DNA of 64,000 nucleotides from Anaeromyxobacteraceae bacterium (lineage in GTDB: Bacteria > Myxococcota > Myxococcia > Myxococcales > Anaeromyxobacteraceae). The stretch lies in contig JAULAX010000015.1 of assembly GCA_032654565.1 (NCBI GenBank), positions 608,001 to 672,000 on the forward strand. Reading direction: 5' to 3'. Made by a program: the position numbers and the translations under genes. Shown piece by piece: positions 27,981 through 37,549 of this stretch. The notes beneath the pieces were generated by a model, which worked only from the letters and a program-made list of their open reading frames with translations, was not told the origin of the DNA and ran no database searches. Each line of letters begins with the position of its first letter. Within the stretch, counting starts at the first letter, position 1.

Positions 27981-29858
27981 TCACGTCGCCAGGCCGGGAA
28001 GCCGGTCGTAGCGCATGTTGCGCCGCGACGGCCGGAAGCCGGCGTCGCGGATGTGCCGCTCCACCTCCTCCGAGTCCATCTTGAAGGTGGTGCCGGCCGC
28101 CGAGACCACGTTCTCCTCGATCATCACCTGGCCGAAGTCGTCGCAGCCCATGTGCAGGGCGGCCTGGGCCACGCCGCCGCCCATGGTCACCCAGGAGGCC
28201 TGCAGGTGCGGGACGTTGTCGAGGAAGAGCCGGGCCAGGGCGTTGGTGCGCAGGTAGGCGTGGGCGCTGCCGTCGGAGGCTTGCAGCCGGGTGTTGGAGG
28301 ACTGGAAGGGCCAGCAGATGAAGGCGGTGAAGCCGTGGGTCTCATCCTGCAGGTCGCGCAGCCGCTGCAGGTGGTTGACCCGGTGGCGCGGCTCCTCGCC
28401 GACGCCGAACATCAGGGTGGCGGTGCTCCTCAGCCCGGCCAGGTGGGCGGTCCGCATCACCGTCAGCCACTCGTCGGTGGAGCACTTGAGCGGGGCGATG
28501 CGCCGGCGCACCTCGTCGTCGAGGATCTCGGCGCCGCCGCCGGGGATGGAGTCCATGCCGGCCGCCATGAGCCGGCGGATGGTCGGCTCCAGCGGCAGCT
28601 CGCTGGTGCGGGCGATGTGCCAGATCTCCTCGGGGGAGAGGGCGTGCAGGCTGATGGCCGGGTAGGTGGACTTCACCCAGCGGAAGAGCTCCTCGTAGTA
28701 CTCGATGCCCAGGTCGGGGTGGAGCCCGCCCTGCAGCAGCAGCTCGATGCCGCCCAGCGCCAGGGTCTCCTCGATCTTGACCGCCAGCTCCTCGCGGGTC
28801 AGCACGTAGGCCTCGCGGTGGCCGCGGGGGCGGTAGAAGGCGCAGAAGTGGCAGGCGGTGGTGCAGACGTTGGTGTAGTTGACGTTGCGCGAGACGATGT
28901 AGGTGACCACGCCGTCGCCGTGCAGGGCCCGGCGGCGGGCGTCGGCGGCCAGCCCCAGCTCCAGCAGCGGGGCCTGCTCGTCGAGCAGCTCGGCCTCGTC
29001 GGCGTCGATGCGCTCGCCGTCTGCACCCTTCTGCAGCGCGGTGTCGAGCGAGACCACCCGGCGGATCCGCTTGCTGATGACGTGGTCGTCGGCGTAGCGG
29101 ACCACGGTGGGGGGCAGGTAGCCCTTCTCGGCGCTGAGGCGCAGGAAGGTCTCCATCCCGGTCATCTCGAAGGGGCCGACGCCGTAGCGGATCCGCTGGG
29201 TCAGGTAGCGGCGGTACTTCTCCGGGTCGCCGCCCTTCTGGCGGGCGAACTCCTGCGCCAGCTCGGTGCGGATCCCCTGGCCGTGCTGCGCCGCCCGGGC
29301 CAGCTCCTGCACGTCCTCCGGCTTCAGCACCCCGGGCCGGGCCGCCCAGACCGCGAAGACCATGGGCAGGCCGGTGAGCCGGTTCCACTCCTTGGAGAGG
29401 TCGAGGACGTGGGGCTTCTTGACGTCGAAGGCCCGGTCGCCGATCACCAGCGCGCCCCTGGTCCCCACCGCCCGGGCCACCCCCTCCACGGCCGGCAGCG
29501 GCGTGAACTTCGGGTGGAGGCCCATGGCGTCGAGCACCAGCCTGGCCAGCACCACCGAGGTGCGCGAGGCGGTGTCGAGGAAGACCTCGTCCCAGCTGGC
29601 GGCCGGCTGCTCGCCCACCAGCAGCACCGTCTGCACCGCCCCGTCGGCGCCCACCGCCATGCCCGGGGCGATCTCGTAGTCCTTCCCGGCCAGCGCCCCC
29701 ACCGGCAGCAGCGCCAGGTCGACCTCTCCGGCCTCCAGCAGCGCCGCGCACTGCGCCGGCTCGGCCAGCACCAGCTCGATGCGCGCCGAGTCCTTGAGCC
29801 CCTCGGTGAGGGGCCAGGCGTTGAGGAAGGAGACGGCGGCGGCCTTGAGCTTCGGCAT
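27981..29858 (-). CDS. mqnA-mqnC: Fused chorismate dehydratase (MqnA) and cyclic dehypoxanthine futalosine synthase (MqnC)
   Basis: N-terminal SFLNAWPL, SRTS, LVIGDRA, TGLPMVFAVW; C-terminal RNVNYTNVCTTACHFCAF, QGG, SIPGGGAEIL, EENVVSAAG. Confidence 0.9.
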   Translation of the reverse strand: MPKLKAAAVSFLNAWPLTEGLKDSARIELVLAEPAQCAALLEAGEVDLALLPVGALAGKDYEIAPGMAVGADGAVQTVLLVGEQPAASWDEVFLDTASRTSVVLARLVLDAMGLHPKFTPLPAVEGVARAVGTRGALVIGDRAFDVKKPHVLDLSKEWNRLTGLPMVFAVWAARPGVLKPEDVQELARAAQHGQGIRTELAQEFARQKGGDPEKYRRYLTQRIRYGVGPFEMTGMETFLRLSAEKGYLPPTVVRYADDHVISKRIRRVVSLDTALQKGADGERIDADEAELLDEQAPLLELGLAADARRRALHGDGVVTYIVSRNVNYTNVCTTACHFCAFYRPRGHREAYVLTREELAVKIEETLALGGIELLLQGGLHPDLGIEYYEELFRWVKSTYPAISLHALSPEEIWHIARTSELPLEPTIRRLMAAGMDSIPGGGAEILDDEVRRRIAPLKCSTDEWLTVMRTAHLAGLRSTATLMFGVGEEPRHRVNHLQRLRDLQDETHGFTAFICWPFQSSNTRLQASDGSAHAYLRTNALARLFLDNVPHLQASWVTMGGGVAQAALHMGCDDFGQVMIEENVVSAAGTTFKMDSEEVERHIRDAGFRPSRRNMRYDRLPGLAT

Positions 29859-29875
29859 GGGGGGGACCTTCGGCG

Positions 29876-31051
29876 TCAGGCGGAGACCACGGTGAGCCGC
29901 GGGGGCGGGGGTGCCGCCGGGGGGAGCGGCTGCTCATGGACCTTGAGCACGTTGTAGAGCGAGTCGCGCTCGGCGGGGGTGCGGCCGGCGGCGCGGATCA
30001 GCTCGTGCAGCGACCGCTCGCTGAGCGCCTGCGGCACGTCGGAGCCGGCCATGTGGTAGATGCGCTCCTCGAGCACGGTGCCGTCGAGGTCGTCGACGCC
30101 GAAGCCGAGCGCCACCTGGGCCAGCCGCTCGCCCATCGACACCCAGTAGGCCTTCATGTGGTCGAAGTTGTCGAGGTAGAGCCGGGCCACCGCGGCGGTG
30201 CGCAGGGCGTCGAAGCCGGTCGGCTTGGGGTAGGCCTTGCCGATCATGTTGTGCTCGGGGTGGAAGGCCAGCGGGATGAAGACCTGGAAGCCGTGGGTCT
30301 CGTCCTGCAGCTCGCGCAGCCGGCGCATGTGGTCGACCCGCTCGTCGAGCCGCTCGATGTGGCCGTAGAGCATGGTGGCGTTGGAGCGGATGCCGAGCCG
30401 GTGGGCGGTGCGGTGGATCTCGATCCACTGGTCGGCGGTGGCCTTGTCGTCGCAGATCTTGCGGCGCACCCGCGGCGCGAAGATCTCGGCGCCGCCGCCG
30501 GGGATGGTGGTGAGGCCGGCGTCGCGCAGCTCGGAGAGCACCTGGGTGTAGCTCTTGCCGAACTTCTCCGCCCAGTAGTGGTACTCGATGGCGGTGAAGG
30601 CCTTGATGGCCAGCTCCGGCCAGGCCTGGTGGATGCGGGAGAGCAGGCCGGTGTAGTAGTCCCAGGGCAGGGTGGGGTGCAGCCCGGCCACGATGTGCAC
30701 CTCGGTGATGCCGAGCGGGCGCTTCGAGACCACCTTCTCCACCGCCTCGTCGAGCGACATGGTGTAGCCGTCGGAGGCCTGCTGGTCGTCCTTGCGGGCG
30801 AACGAGCAGAACTTGCAGGTGGCCACGCAGACGTTGGTGGGGTTGAGGTGGACGTTGCGGTTGTAGAAGGCCAGGTTGCCGTGGCGGGCCTCGCGCACGT
30901 GGTTGGCCAGCGCCCCCAGCGCCGCCAGGTCCTGGGCCTCGAAGAGCCGCAGGGCGTCGGCGTCGGTGAGGCGGGTGCCGGCCAGCACCTTGTCGCGGAT
31001 GGGGCCGAGGCCGTCGCGCTCCAGCGCCGTGTGGGCCAGGGTGGAGATCAT
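29876..31051 (-). CDS. mqnE: Aminofutalosine synthase (radical SAM)
   Basis: HLNPTNVCVATCKFCSF, EVHIVAGLHP, NATMLYGHIE, KAYWV, ERIYHMAG. Confidence 0.93.
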   Translation of the reverse strand: MISTLAHTALERDGLGPIRDKVLAGTRLTDADALRLFEAQDLAALGALANHVREARHGNLAFYNRNVHLNPTNVCVATCKFCSFARKDDQQASDGYTMSLDEAVEKVVSKRPLGITEVHIVAGLHPTLPWDYYTGLLSRIHQAWPELAIKAFTAIEYHYWAEKFGKSYTQVLSELRDAGLTTIPGGGAEIFAPRVRRKICDDKATADQWIEIHRTAHRLGIRSNATMLYGHIERLDERVDHMRRLRELQDETHGFQVFIPLAFHPEHNMIGKAYPKPTGFDALRTAAVARLYLDNFDHMKAYWVSMGERLAQVALGFGVDDLDGTVLEERIYHMAGSDVPQALSERSLHELIRAAGRTPAERDSLYNVLKVHEQPLPPAAPPPPRLTVVSA

Positions 31052-31052
31052 G

Positions 31053-31643
31053 TCAGGGCTCCTCGACGGGCTCCGGCGCGCGCGGCGTCAGCCCGGTCCA
31101 GCGGGTCATCAGCTCGTTGGGCAGGCCGATGCGATCCAGCACCCGGGCCACCACGGTGTCGACCAGGGCCTCGATGGTCTTCGGCCCCGAGTAGAAGGAC
31201 GGCGAGGCCGGCATCACCACCGCCCCGGCCTCGATGACCTGGGTGATGGCGCGGGCGTGCACCAGCGAGAGGGGGGTCTCGCGCAGCACCAGCACCAGCT
31301 TGCGCTGCTCCTTGAGCATGACGTCGGCGGCGCGGCCGACCAGATCGATGGAGAGGCCGTGGGCGATGCGGGCCAGCTGGCCGGCCGAGCAGGGGATGAC
31401 CACCATGGCGTCGTACTGCGACGAGCCGGAGGCGAAGGGGGCGGTGAAGTCGTGGTTGCTCCAGGTCTTGAAAGGGTGGCGCGGGGCGCCGCCGATCTCC
31501 TGGGCCCAGACCTGCTTGCCGGTGGTGGTGAAGACGACGTCGACGCTGACGCCGTGGGCGGCGCCGTGCTCGGCGAGGAAGTCGAGGAGCCTTCTGGCGT
31601 AGGGGGCGCCGGTGGCGCCGCTGACCGCGACCACCAGCTTCAT
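31053..31643 (-). CDS. ubiX: Flavin prenyltransferase
   Basis: SGATG, ASGS, RAADVMLKEQRKLVLVLRETP, PSFY. Confidence 0.95.
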   Translation of the reverse strand: MKLVVAVSGATGAPYARRLLDFLAEHGAAHGVSVDVVFTTTGKQVWAQEIGGAPRHPFKTWSNHDFTAPFASGSSQYDAMVVIPCSAGQLARIAHGLSIDLVGRAADVMLKEQRKLVLVLRETPLSLVHARAITQVIEAGAVVMPASPSFYSGPKTIEALVDTVVARVLDRIGLPNELMTRWTGLTPRAPEPVEEP

Positions 31644-31656
31644 GGCGTCCCGCCCG

Positions 31657-32388
31657 TCATGCCCGCACCGCCGTGACCAGCCCGCAGACGCCGGGGAAGA
31701 GGGTATGGCCGCGCACCTGGTGGAAGCCGGCCCGCCGCGCCGCCGCCTCGAACTCGGGGCGGGAGGCGAAGCGCTCCATCGACTCCACGAGGTAGCGGTA
31801 GGCCTCCGGGTCGGGCGAGAGCACCCGCCCCAGCACCGGCAGCGCCAGCCGGTTGTAGAGCCCGTGCACCAGCCTGGGGCCCGCCGACTCGGGGCGGAAG
31901 AACTCCAGGACGCCGAGCCGGCCGCCCGGCTTGAGCACCCGGGCCAGCTCCCCCAGCCCCACCTCGTACCGCTCCAGGTTGCGCATGCCGAAGGTGACGG
32001 TGGCGAGGTCGAAGCGGGCGCCGTGGAAGGGGAGGGCCATGGCGTCGGCCTGCGAGGCCGGCAGGCCGGTCTTCTCGACGCCGCGCCGGAGCATCTGGAA
32101 GGAGAAGTCGGCGCCCACCACGCGCAGGCCGGGGGTGGCCCGGTGGGCCAGGTCGGCCACGTCCATGGTGCCGGCGCAGAGGTCGAGCAGCGCCTCGCCG
32201 TCCCGGGGCGCCAGCTCCTGGAGCAGCCGACGCCGCCAGGCCTGGTCCACCTTGAGCGTCATGACCCGGTTGAGCAGGTCGTAGCGCGGGGCGATGCGGT
32301 CGAACATGGCGCGCACGGCGCTGCCGCGCTGGCCGCCCAGCCCCTCGCCCGGCAGGGGGACGTTGCCCAGGGGAGGGACGGTGGTCAC
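31657..32388 (-). CDS. menG: Demethylmenaquinone methyltransferase (UbiE/MenG)
   Basis: MFDRIAPRYDLLNR, LDLCAGT, FGMRN, RVLKPGG, YRYLVES. Confidence 0.93.
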   Translation of the reverse strand: MTTVPPLGNVPLPGEGLGGQRGSAVRAMFDRIAPRYDLLNRVMTLKVDQAWRRRLLQELAPRDGEALLDLCAGTMDVADLAHRATPGLRVVGADFSFQMLRRGVEKTGLPASQADAMALPFHGARFDLATVTFGMRNLERYEVGLGELARVLKPGGRLGVLEFFRPESAGPRLVHGLYNRLALPVLGRVLSPDPEAYRYLVESMERFASRPEFEAAARRAGFHQVRGHTLFPGVCGLVTAVRA

Positions 32389-33911
32389 TGGAGGATGCCG
32401 CCCTTCCGCGGCGTCCAGGAGGCGGCGGGCGGGGCGGCGATCCGCGGCCGGCGCAGCGGCGGGGCGCCCGGGACCAGCCGGGCGTAGAGCGCGTCCGTGC
32501 GGGCCAGCACCTCGTCGGGGTGGACGCAGACCTCGGGCCACTCCCGTCCGCCCTCCTCGATCCACTTGCGGGTGGCGTCGACGCCGATCTTGCCGCCGTA
32601 GGCGAAGTGGGCGGCGGCGTGGTCGAGCACGTCGACCGGCCCCTCGGAGAGCACCAGGTCGCGGCGCACGTCGACGTTGGCGAAGGCGCGCCAGGCGGCC
32701 TGGCTGACGTCCTGCACGTCGACGTCGGCGTCGAAGACCACCAGCGTCTTGGTCTGGGCCATCTGCCCGGAGCCCCACAGGCCGTGGATCACCTTCTTGG
32801 CCTGGCCGGGGTGCTCCTTCTTGATGGAGACGAGGCAGAGGTTGTGGAAGACCCCCTCCACCGGCATGCAGTAGTCGACGATCTCCGGGGCGATCACCTG
32901 CAGCAGCGGCAGGAAGAGCCGCTCGGTGGCCTTGCCGAGCCACTGGTCCTCGACCGGCGGCGGCCCCACCACGGTGGCCGGGTAGACGGCGTCCCGGCGG
33001 TGGGTGATGGCCACCACGTCCATGGCCGGGTAGTCGTCGGCCAGCGAGTAGAAGCCGGTGTGGTCGCCGAAGGGCCCCTCGCGCACCAGCGGCGCCGAGG
33101 TGTCGACGAACCCCTCGATGACGATGTCGGCGTCGGCGGGGACCTCGAGGCCGGTGGCGACGCCCTTCACCATGCGCACCCCCTCGCCGCGCAGGAAGCC
33201 GGCGAAGAGGTACTCGTCGATGCCGGGCGGCAGCGGCGCCGAGGCGCAGTAGGTGAGGGCCGGGTCGCCGCCCAGGGCGATGGCCACCGGCATCCGCTCG
33301 CCGCGCTTCTGGTACTCGCGGTAGTGGGCGGTGGCGGTCTTGTGGAGCTGCCAGTGCATGGCCAGGCGGTGCGGGCCGAGCACCTGCAGCCGGTACATGC
33401 CGACGTTGCGCAGCCCCTTCTCCGGGTCGCGGGTGATCACCTGCGGCAGGGTGATGAAGGGGCCGCCGTCGTGGGGCCAGGTGGTGAGCACCGGCAGGAT
33501 GGAGAGGTCGGCGGCGGCGCCGGTCAGCACCACCTCCTGGCAGGGGCCGCTCCCCACCAGCTTCGGCCCCATGGTGGCCAGCTTGCCGAGGGTGGGCAGC
33601 AGCTTGACCTTGTCCCAGAAGGTCTTGGGGGGCGCGGTCTTGAGCAGCGCCCCGAGCGCCGCGGCGTGCTCCTCGAAGTCCTCGCAGGAGAGGGCCCAGG
33701 AGGTGCGCCGGCGGGTGCCGAAGAGGTTCATGGCCACCGGGAACTTGCCGGTGGAGGGCTGCTCGAAGAGCAGGGCCGGCCCGCCCTGCTTGGCGGCGCG
33801 GTCGGCCAGGGCGGCCATGTCGAGCTCCAGGTCGACCCGCTCGCGGACGCGGACCAGCTCCCCCGACCGCTCGACGCGGTCGAGGAACTCCCTGAGCGAT
33901 GAATAGGGCAT
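32385..33911 (-). CDS. UbiD-family menaquinone biosynthesis decarboxylase
   Basis: GPALLFE, RNVGMYR, EGPFGDHTGFY, GKATERLFLP, KIGVDAT. Confidence 0.93.
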   Translation of the reverse strand: MPYSSLREFLDRVERSGELVRVRERVDLELDMAALADRAAKQGGPALLFEQPSTGKFPVAMNLFGTRRRTSWALSCEDFEEHAAALGALLKTAPPKTFWDKVKLLPTLGKLATMGPKLVGSGPCQEVVLTGAAADLSILPVLTTWPHDGGPFITLPQVITRDPEKGLRNVGMYRLQVLGPHRLAMHWQLHKTATAHYREYQKRGERMPVAIALGGDPALTYCASAPLPPGIDEYLFAGFLRGEGVRMVKGVATGLEVPADADIVIEGFVDTSAPLVREGPFGDHTGFYSLADDYPAMDVVAITHRRDAVYPATVVGPPPVEDQWLGKATERLFLPLLQVIAPEIVDYCMPVEGVFHNLCLVSIKKEHPGQAKKVIHGLWGSGQMAQTKTLVVFDADVDVQDVSQAAWRAFANVDVRRDLVLSEGPVDVLDHAAAHFAYGGKIGVDATRKWIEEGGREWPEVCVHPDEVLARTDALYARLVPGAPPLRRPRIAAPPAASWTPRKGGILQ

Positions 33912-33979
33912 GGCGCGCGGATCTCTACCCCGCCCGGCGCCTTGTTTCAACGCTGGTTGGGGTGCTAGATGCTCCCGCC

Positions 33980-34258
33980 ATGACCGAACGGATCGCCCGC
34001 GCCCGCGGACTCGTCGAGCGCGCGCTCCGCGACGTCGAGGCGGAGCTGGCTTCCCCGCGCTGCGGGCTCTGTCCGGCGCAGCTCGGCACCTGCCGGGACA
34101 CGCTGCGGGACTACGTGGCGGCGCTGGAGAGCGGAGACTTGCCCCCCCGGAAGGACCGCTCCGAGCGGCTCTGCAAGCTGGTCATCGACGGCTGGCCGTT
34201 CGACGCCCCGCTGGCCGGGACGGTGCTGGCGGCCGAGCGGGCCTTCCGGACGGTGTAA
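33980..34258 (+). CDS. Hypothetical protein
   Basis: 92-aa ORF with host-like codon usage; CGLC motif. Confidence 0.6.
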   Translation: MTERIARARGLVERALRDVEAELASPRCGLCPAQLGTCRDTLRDYVAALESGDLPPRKDRSERLCKLVIDGWPFDAPLAGTVLAAERAFRTV

Positions 34259-34309
34259 CCCCCCCCGATGTACCGGTGGCGGGGAGTCGCCTGCGCCGCG
34301 ACCTGGAGC

Positions 34310-35356
34310 TCAGAACGCCCGCTCGGTGAGCGAGCGGGCCGCCTCGGCCAGCGCTCGCCGGTGCGGGCCGTCGGGGAGCGCCTCCAGCGCCGCCATCCCG
34401 GCCGCGGTCCGCTCCCGGGCCATGGCCCGGGCCGCCTCGACCCCGCCGGAGACCCGCACCGCCTCGATCACCTCGCCGGCCACGGCGTCGCCGTCGGCCT
34501 GGCCGTCGAGCAGCAGCTGGAGCCGGGCGCGCAGCGCCGGCTGGGCCTCGAGGGCGCGGATCAGCGGCAGCGTCGCCTTCCCCTCCAGCAGGTCGGCGCC
34601 GAGCTTCTTCCCCAGCACCCCCGGGTCGGCGGCGTAGTCGAGGGCGTCGTCCACCAGCTGGAAGGCGACGCCGATCCCCTCGCCGAAGCGGACCAGCGCT
34701 TCGGGGATCTCCCCCTCGACGCCGGCCGCCCAGGCCCCGGCCGCGGCCCCCCAGCCGAAGAGCGAGGCGGTCTTGCCGGTCACCACCTGCAGGTAGGTGG
34801 CCTCGGTGGCGGCGAAGGTGCCGCGGAAGGTGAGCTGCAGCACCTCGCCCTCCACCAGGCGCCGCATGGTGCCGAGCAGCGGCAGCAGCGCCAGGCGGGC
34901 GGCCGGGGCGGTGGCCACGATCTCCAGGGCCCGGGTCAGCAGCCAGTCGCCGGCCAGCACCGAGACCGAGTTGCCCCAGATGACGCGCGAGGCCGGCTGG
35001 CCGCGGCGCATGGGGCCGTCGTCGATGACGTCGTCGTGGAGCAGGGTGGCCGAGTGGGTCAGCTCGGCGGCCACCGCGTAGGGGATGGCGGCGGCCAGCG
35101 GCCCGCCGTTGGCCCCGCAGGCCAGCAGCGAGACCAGCGGGCGGATGCGCTTGCCGCCGGCCGAGACCAGGTGGCGGGCCGCGGCCTGGAGCCGGGCCTC
35201 GGCGTCGTCGGTGGCGCTGGTGAGCCGCTGCTCCAGCGCCGCCAGCGTCTCGGCGAGCTCGGGCACCTCGGCCAGCGCCGCCTGGGCGCGCTCCGGGCGC
35301 ACGCCGCGCTCGGCGCTCCCGGTGAGCTGCGCGACGATGTCGTGGTCAGAGGCCAT
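34310..35356 (-). CDS. Polyprenyl diphosphate synthase
   Basis: GGKRIRP, LLHDDVID...RRG, KTASLF, FQLVDDALD, GKATLP. Confidence 0.95.
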   Translation of the reverse strand: MASDHDIVAQLTGSAERGVRPERAQAALAEVPELAETLAALEQRLTSATDDAEARLQAAARHLVSAGGKRIRPLVSLLACGANGGPLAAAIPYAVAAELTHSATLLHDDVIDDGPMRRGQPASRVIWGNSVSVLAGDWLLTRALEIVATAPAARLALLPLLGTMRRLVEGEVLQLTFRGTFAATEATYLQVVTGKTASLFGWGAAAGAWAAGVEGEIPEALVRFGEGIGVAFQLVDDALDYAADPGVLGKKLGADLLEGKATLPLIRALEAQPALRARLQLLLDGQADGDAVAGEVIEAVRVSGGVEAARAMARERTAAGMAALEALPDGPHRRALAEAARSLTERAF

Positions 35357-35443
35357 GCGCGGCGGGCGCTCCGTGAGGGGCGGGGGAGGAGGCCGGGCTA
35401 TAGCGCGCCGCCGCGGCGACGGTCAACGAACCGCCGGCGTGGC

Positions 35444-36022
35444 TCAGCGCATGCCGAGGGCCTGCAGGTCGCCCCGGACCGTGGCCCAGAGCGCCTCCAC
35501 CTTCTCGCGGTTGGCCTTGTAGAGGGCGGTGAAGCCGGCGTTGGACCGGTCGGCCGGCACCGGGTGGCCGGCCTGTTCGGCGAAGAGCTGCACCCCGGTC
35601 ATCTGCACCACCGTGGGGATCAACACGAAGTCGTGGCCGGTCAGCTGGTGCCGGTCGAGGATCGCCTTGAGCCTCGGCTGGCGGCCGAGTTGCTCTCCCG
35701 ACTCGGTGAAGCTGGCCTTCTCGGGCACCTTCTTGCGAAGGTCGGCCATCAGCGTCGGGTCCTTGTCGTTCTCCTGCCGGAGCTGGTGCACCGCCGCCGC
35801 GTAGCGGTCGAGCTTGGCGAGATCGAGCGGGTAGGCGACGAACGCCTTGGTGTAGTCGTCGGGCGGCGACTGCCGGATGGTCACGGTGGTCGGCTCGGTC
35901 GGCTTGGCGGCCGGGGCTGCGGGGGCCTGCCTGGCCGGGACCTGCTTGGCGGGGGGCTTTGCGGGAGGTTCGGCGCGGGCGAGGGTGGCGGCGGCGAGCA
36001 GGGCGAGCGGGAGCAGCTTCAT
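35444..36022 (-). CDS. Secreted hypothetical protein
   Basis: Signal peptide MKLLPLALLAAATLARA followed by a Pro/Ala linker. Confidence 0.75.
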   Translation of the reverse strand: MKLLPLALLAAATLARAEPPAKPPAKQVPARQAPAAPAAKPTEPTTVTIRQSPPDDYTKAFVAYPLDLAKLDRYAAAVHQLRQENDKDPTLMADLRKKVPEKASFTESGEQLGRQPRLKAILDRHQLTGHDFVLIPTVVQMTGVQLFAEQAGHPVPADRSNAGFTALYKANREKVEALWATVRGDLQALGMR

Positions 36023-36048
36023 GGCGGACCTCGGGAGGTGGGGGTTGA

Positions 36049-36867
36049 TCAGCTGAGGGGAGGCGGGCGCGCGAAGCGGGCGTGGGTGGCCACCCGGGCC
36101 ACCTGCTCGGCCACGGCGCGGAGCACGGCCGGGTCGCCGAGCGCCACCTGGCAGCCGAAGAGGAGCCCGGCCGGCGTGACCAGCAGGCCGAAGCCGCGGC
36201 GGGCCTGCTGCTCGGCCCGGGTGCCCTCCGGCCGGTGGAGCGCCTCGAGGAGCGCCGCGCCCTGCGGATCGAGCAGCCTCGCGGCCAGCGCCGCGTCGGT
36301 GGAGAGCGCGAAGAGACCGTCGGGCGCCGCGGGGCAGGCCGCGCCGGCCAGGTTGACCAGCGGCCGGTGCTCGGCGCCGAAGTAGCCGGTGACGTAGAGG
36401 TCGAGGATCCCCTCGGAGGCCCGCGCGGCCAGCCCGGCCAGCAGGCCCGAGCCGGGGGCGGCCGGCGGAGGCACCTTCACCCCAGGTGGCAGCGCCATGA
36501 CCAGCAGGAAGCTGCCGGGGGTGGCGGCGAGGGCGGGGAAGGTGATGCGGGTCCGCTGGCTGCGGGAACGGCGCGGGCCGTCCTGGTCGACGTCGAGTTC
36601 CGCCTCCACGCTGGCCGTCCAGGCCAGGCCAGCGCTGGAGCCGGAGAAGACGTGGGCGCCGAGCGGCGCGGCGGCGGCGGCCGGGCTCTGGCCCGGCGCG
36701 GCCTCCCCGGTGGCCGGCTCGTAGCGGAGCCCCCGCGAGGCGGCCTCGACGCGGAGCCGCTCGGCCTCGGCGGTGCGGCGCCCGGCCCCCAGCCGGCGCA
36801 GCAGCGGCCCGACGAAGAAGGAGAGCAGGGTGAGCCCGATGGCGACGTAGAGCAGGTCGTCGAACAT
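36049..36867 (-). CDS. Membrane-anchored hypothetical protein
   Basis: N-terminal TM LLYVAIGLTLLSFFVGPLL. Confidence 0.7.
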   Translation of the reverse strand: MFDDLLYVAIGLTLLSFFVGPLLRRLGAGRRTAEAERLRVEAASRGLRYEPATGEAAPGQSPAAAAAPLGAHVFSGSSAGLAWTASVEAELDVDQDGPRRSRSQRTRITFPALAATPGSFLLVMALPPGVKVPPPAAPGSGLLAGLAARASEGILDLYVTGYFGAEHRPLVNLAGAACPAAPDGLFALSTDAALAARLLDPQGAALLEALHRPEGTRAEQQARRGFGLLVTPAGLLFGCQVALGDPAVLRAVAEQVARVATHARFARPPPLS

Positions 36868-37034
36868 GGCCGGTGACCCTATGGGCTCTTGGGGTGGCGC
36901 CGCAAGCCCACGCCACCGGGACAGCCCGGGGGGCCCGGCCGCGCCGGGAGGATCAATGAATTTGACGGTGGGGCCGCTCGTCGTGTGGAATGCCGCACCC
37001 AACGGGCACCCTGCCCATAAACCAAAGGCCACCC

Positions 37035-37334
37035 ATGAAGACCGCCTCCGCCGTCCTCGCCGCCGCGCTGTTCGCCGCCCCCGCCTTCGCCGCCGATGCG
37101 CCGGTCACCCCCGCCAAGCCGGCCGCCAACTCGCCGGCCAAGGCCGCTCCCGCGGGCGCCACCAAGGCGGCCAAGGCCGGCATGGAGCTGCCCACCAACG
37201 ACACGGCCGGCAAGAAGGGCGTGACCGCCACCGCCGCCGGCTCGGCCTCCCCGGCCGCCGCCAAGGCCGCCGCGGTCGGCATGGAGCGGAGCGCCGGCGA
37301 GGAGCGCCCGGCCCCGGCCAAGGCGGCCAAGTAG
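37035..37334 (+). CDS. Small secreted Ala/Lys/Pro-rich protein
   Basis: Signal peptide MKTASAVLAAALFAAPAFA; low-complexity mature part. Confidence 0.75.
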   Translation: MKTASAVLAAALFAAPAFAADAPVTPAKPAANSPAKAAPAGATKAAKAGMELPTNDTAGKKGVTATAAGSASPAAAKAAAVGMERSAGEERPAPAKAAK

Positions 37335-37549
37335 ACGAACCACACCCCACCGGCGCCGGTCCGCTCCCTCCCCGGGATGCGGCCGGCGCCGTGTCGTCTC
37401 AAGTCGCCGCGCCACCGGCGCCAGCCCGGCCGTCCCGCATTCCGGGGACAGGAGGCGAGAGCGATTGTCACGCTCCGTCCGATGCCGGCCTGCTATCCCT
37501 GTTGAACACAGCGCAAACGGGGGCCGGCTCGGCCCCGGGACAGGTCCGA

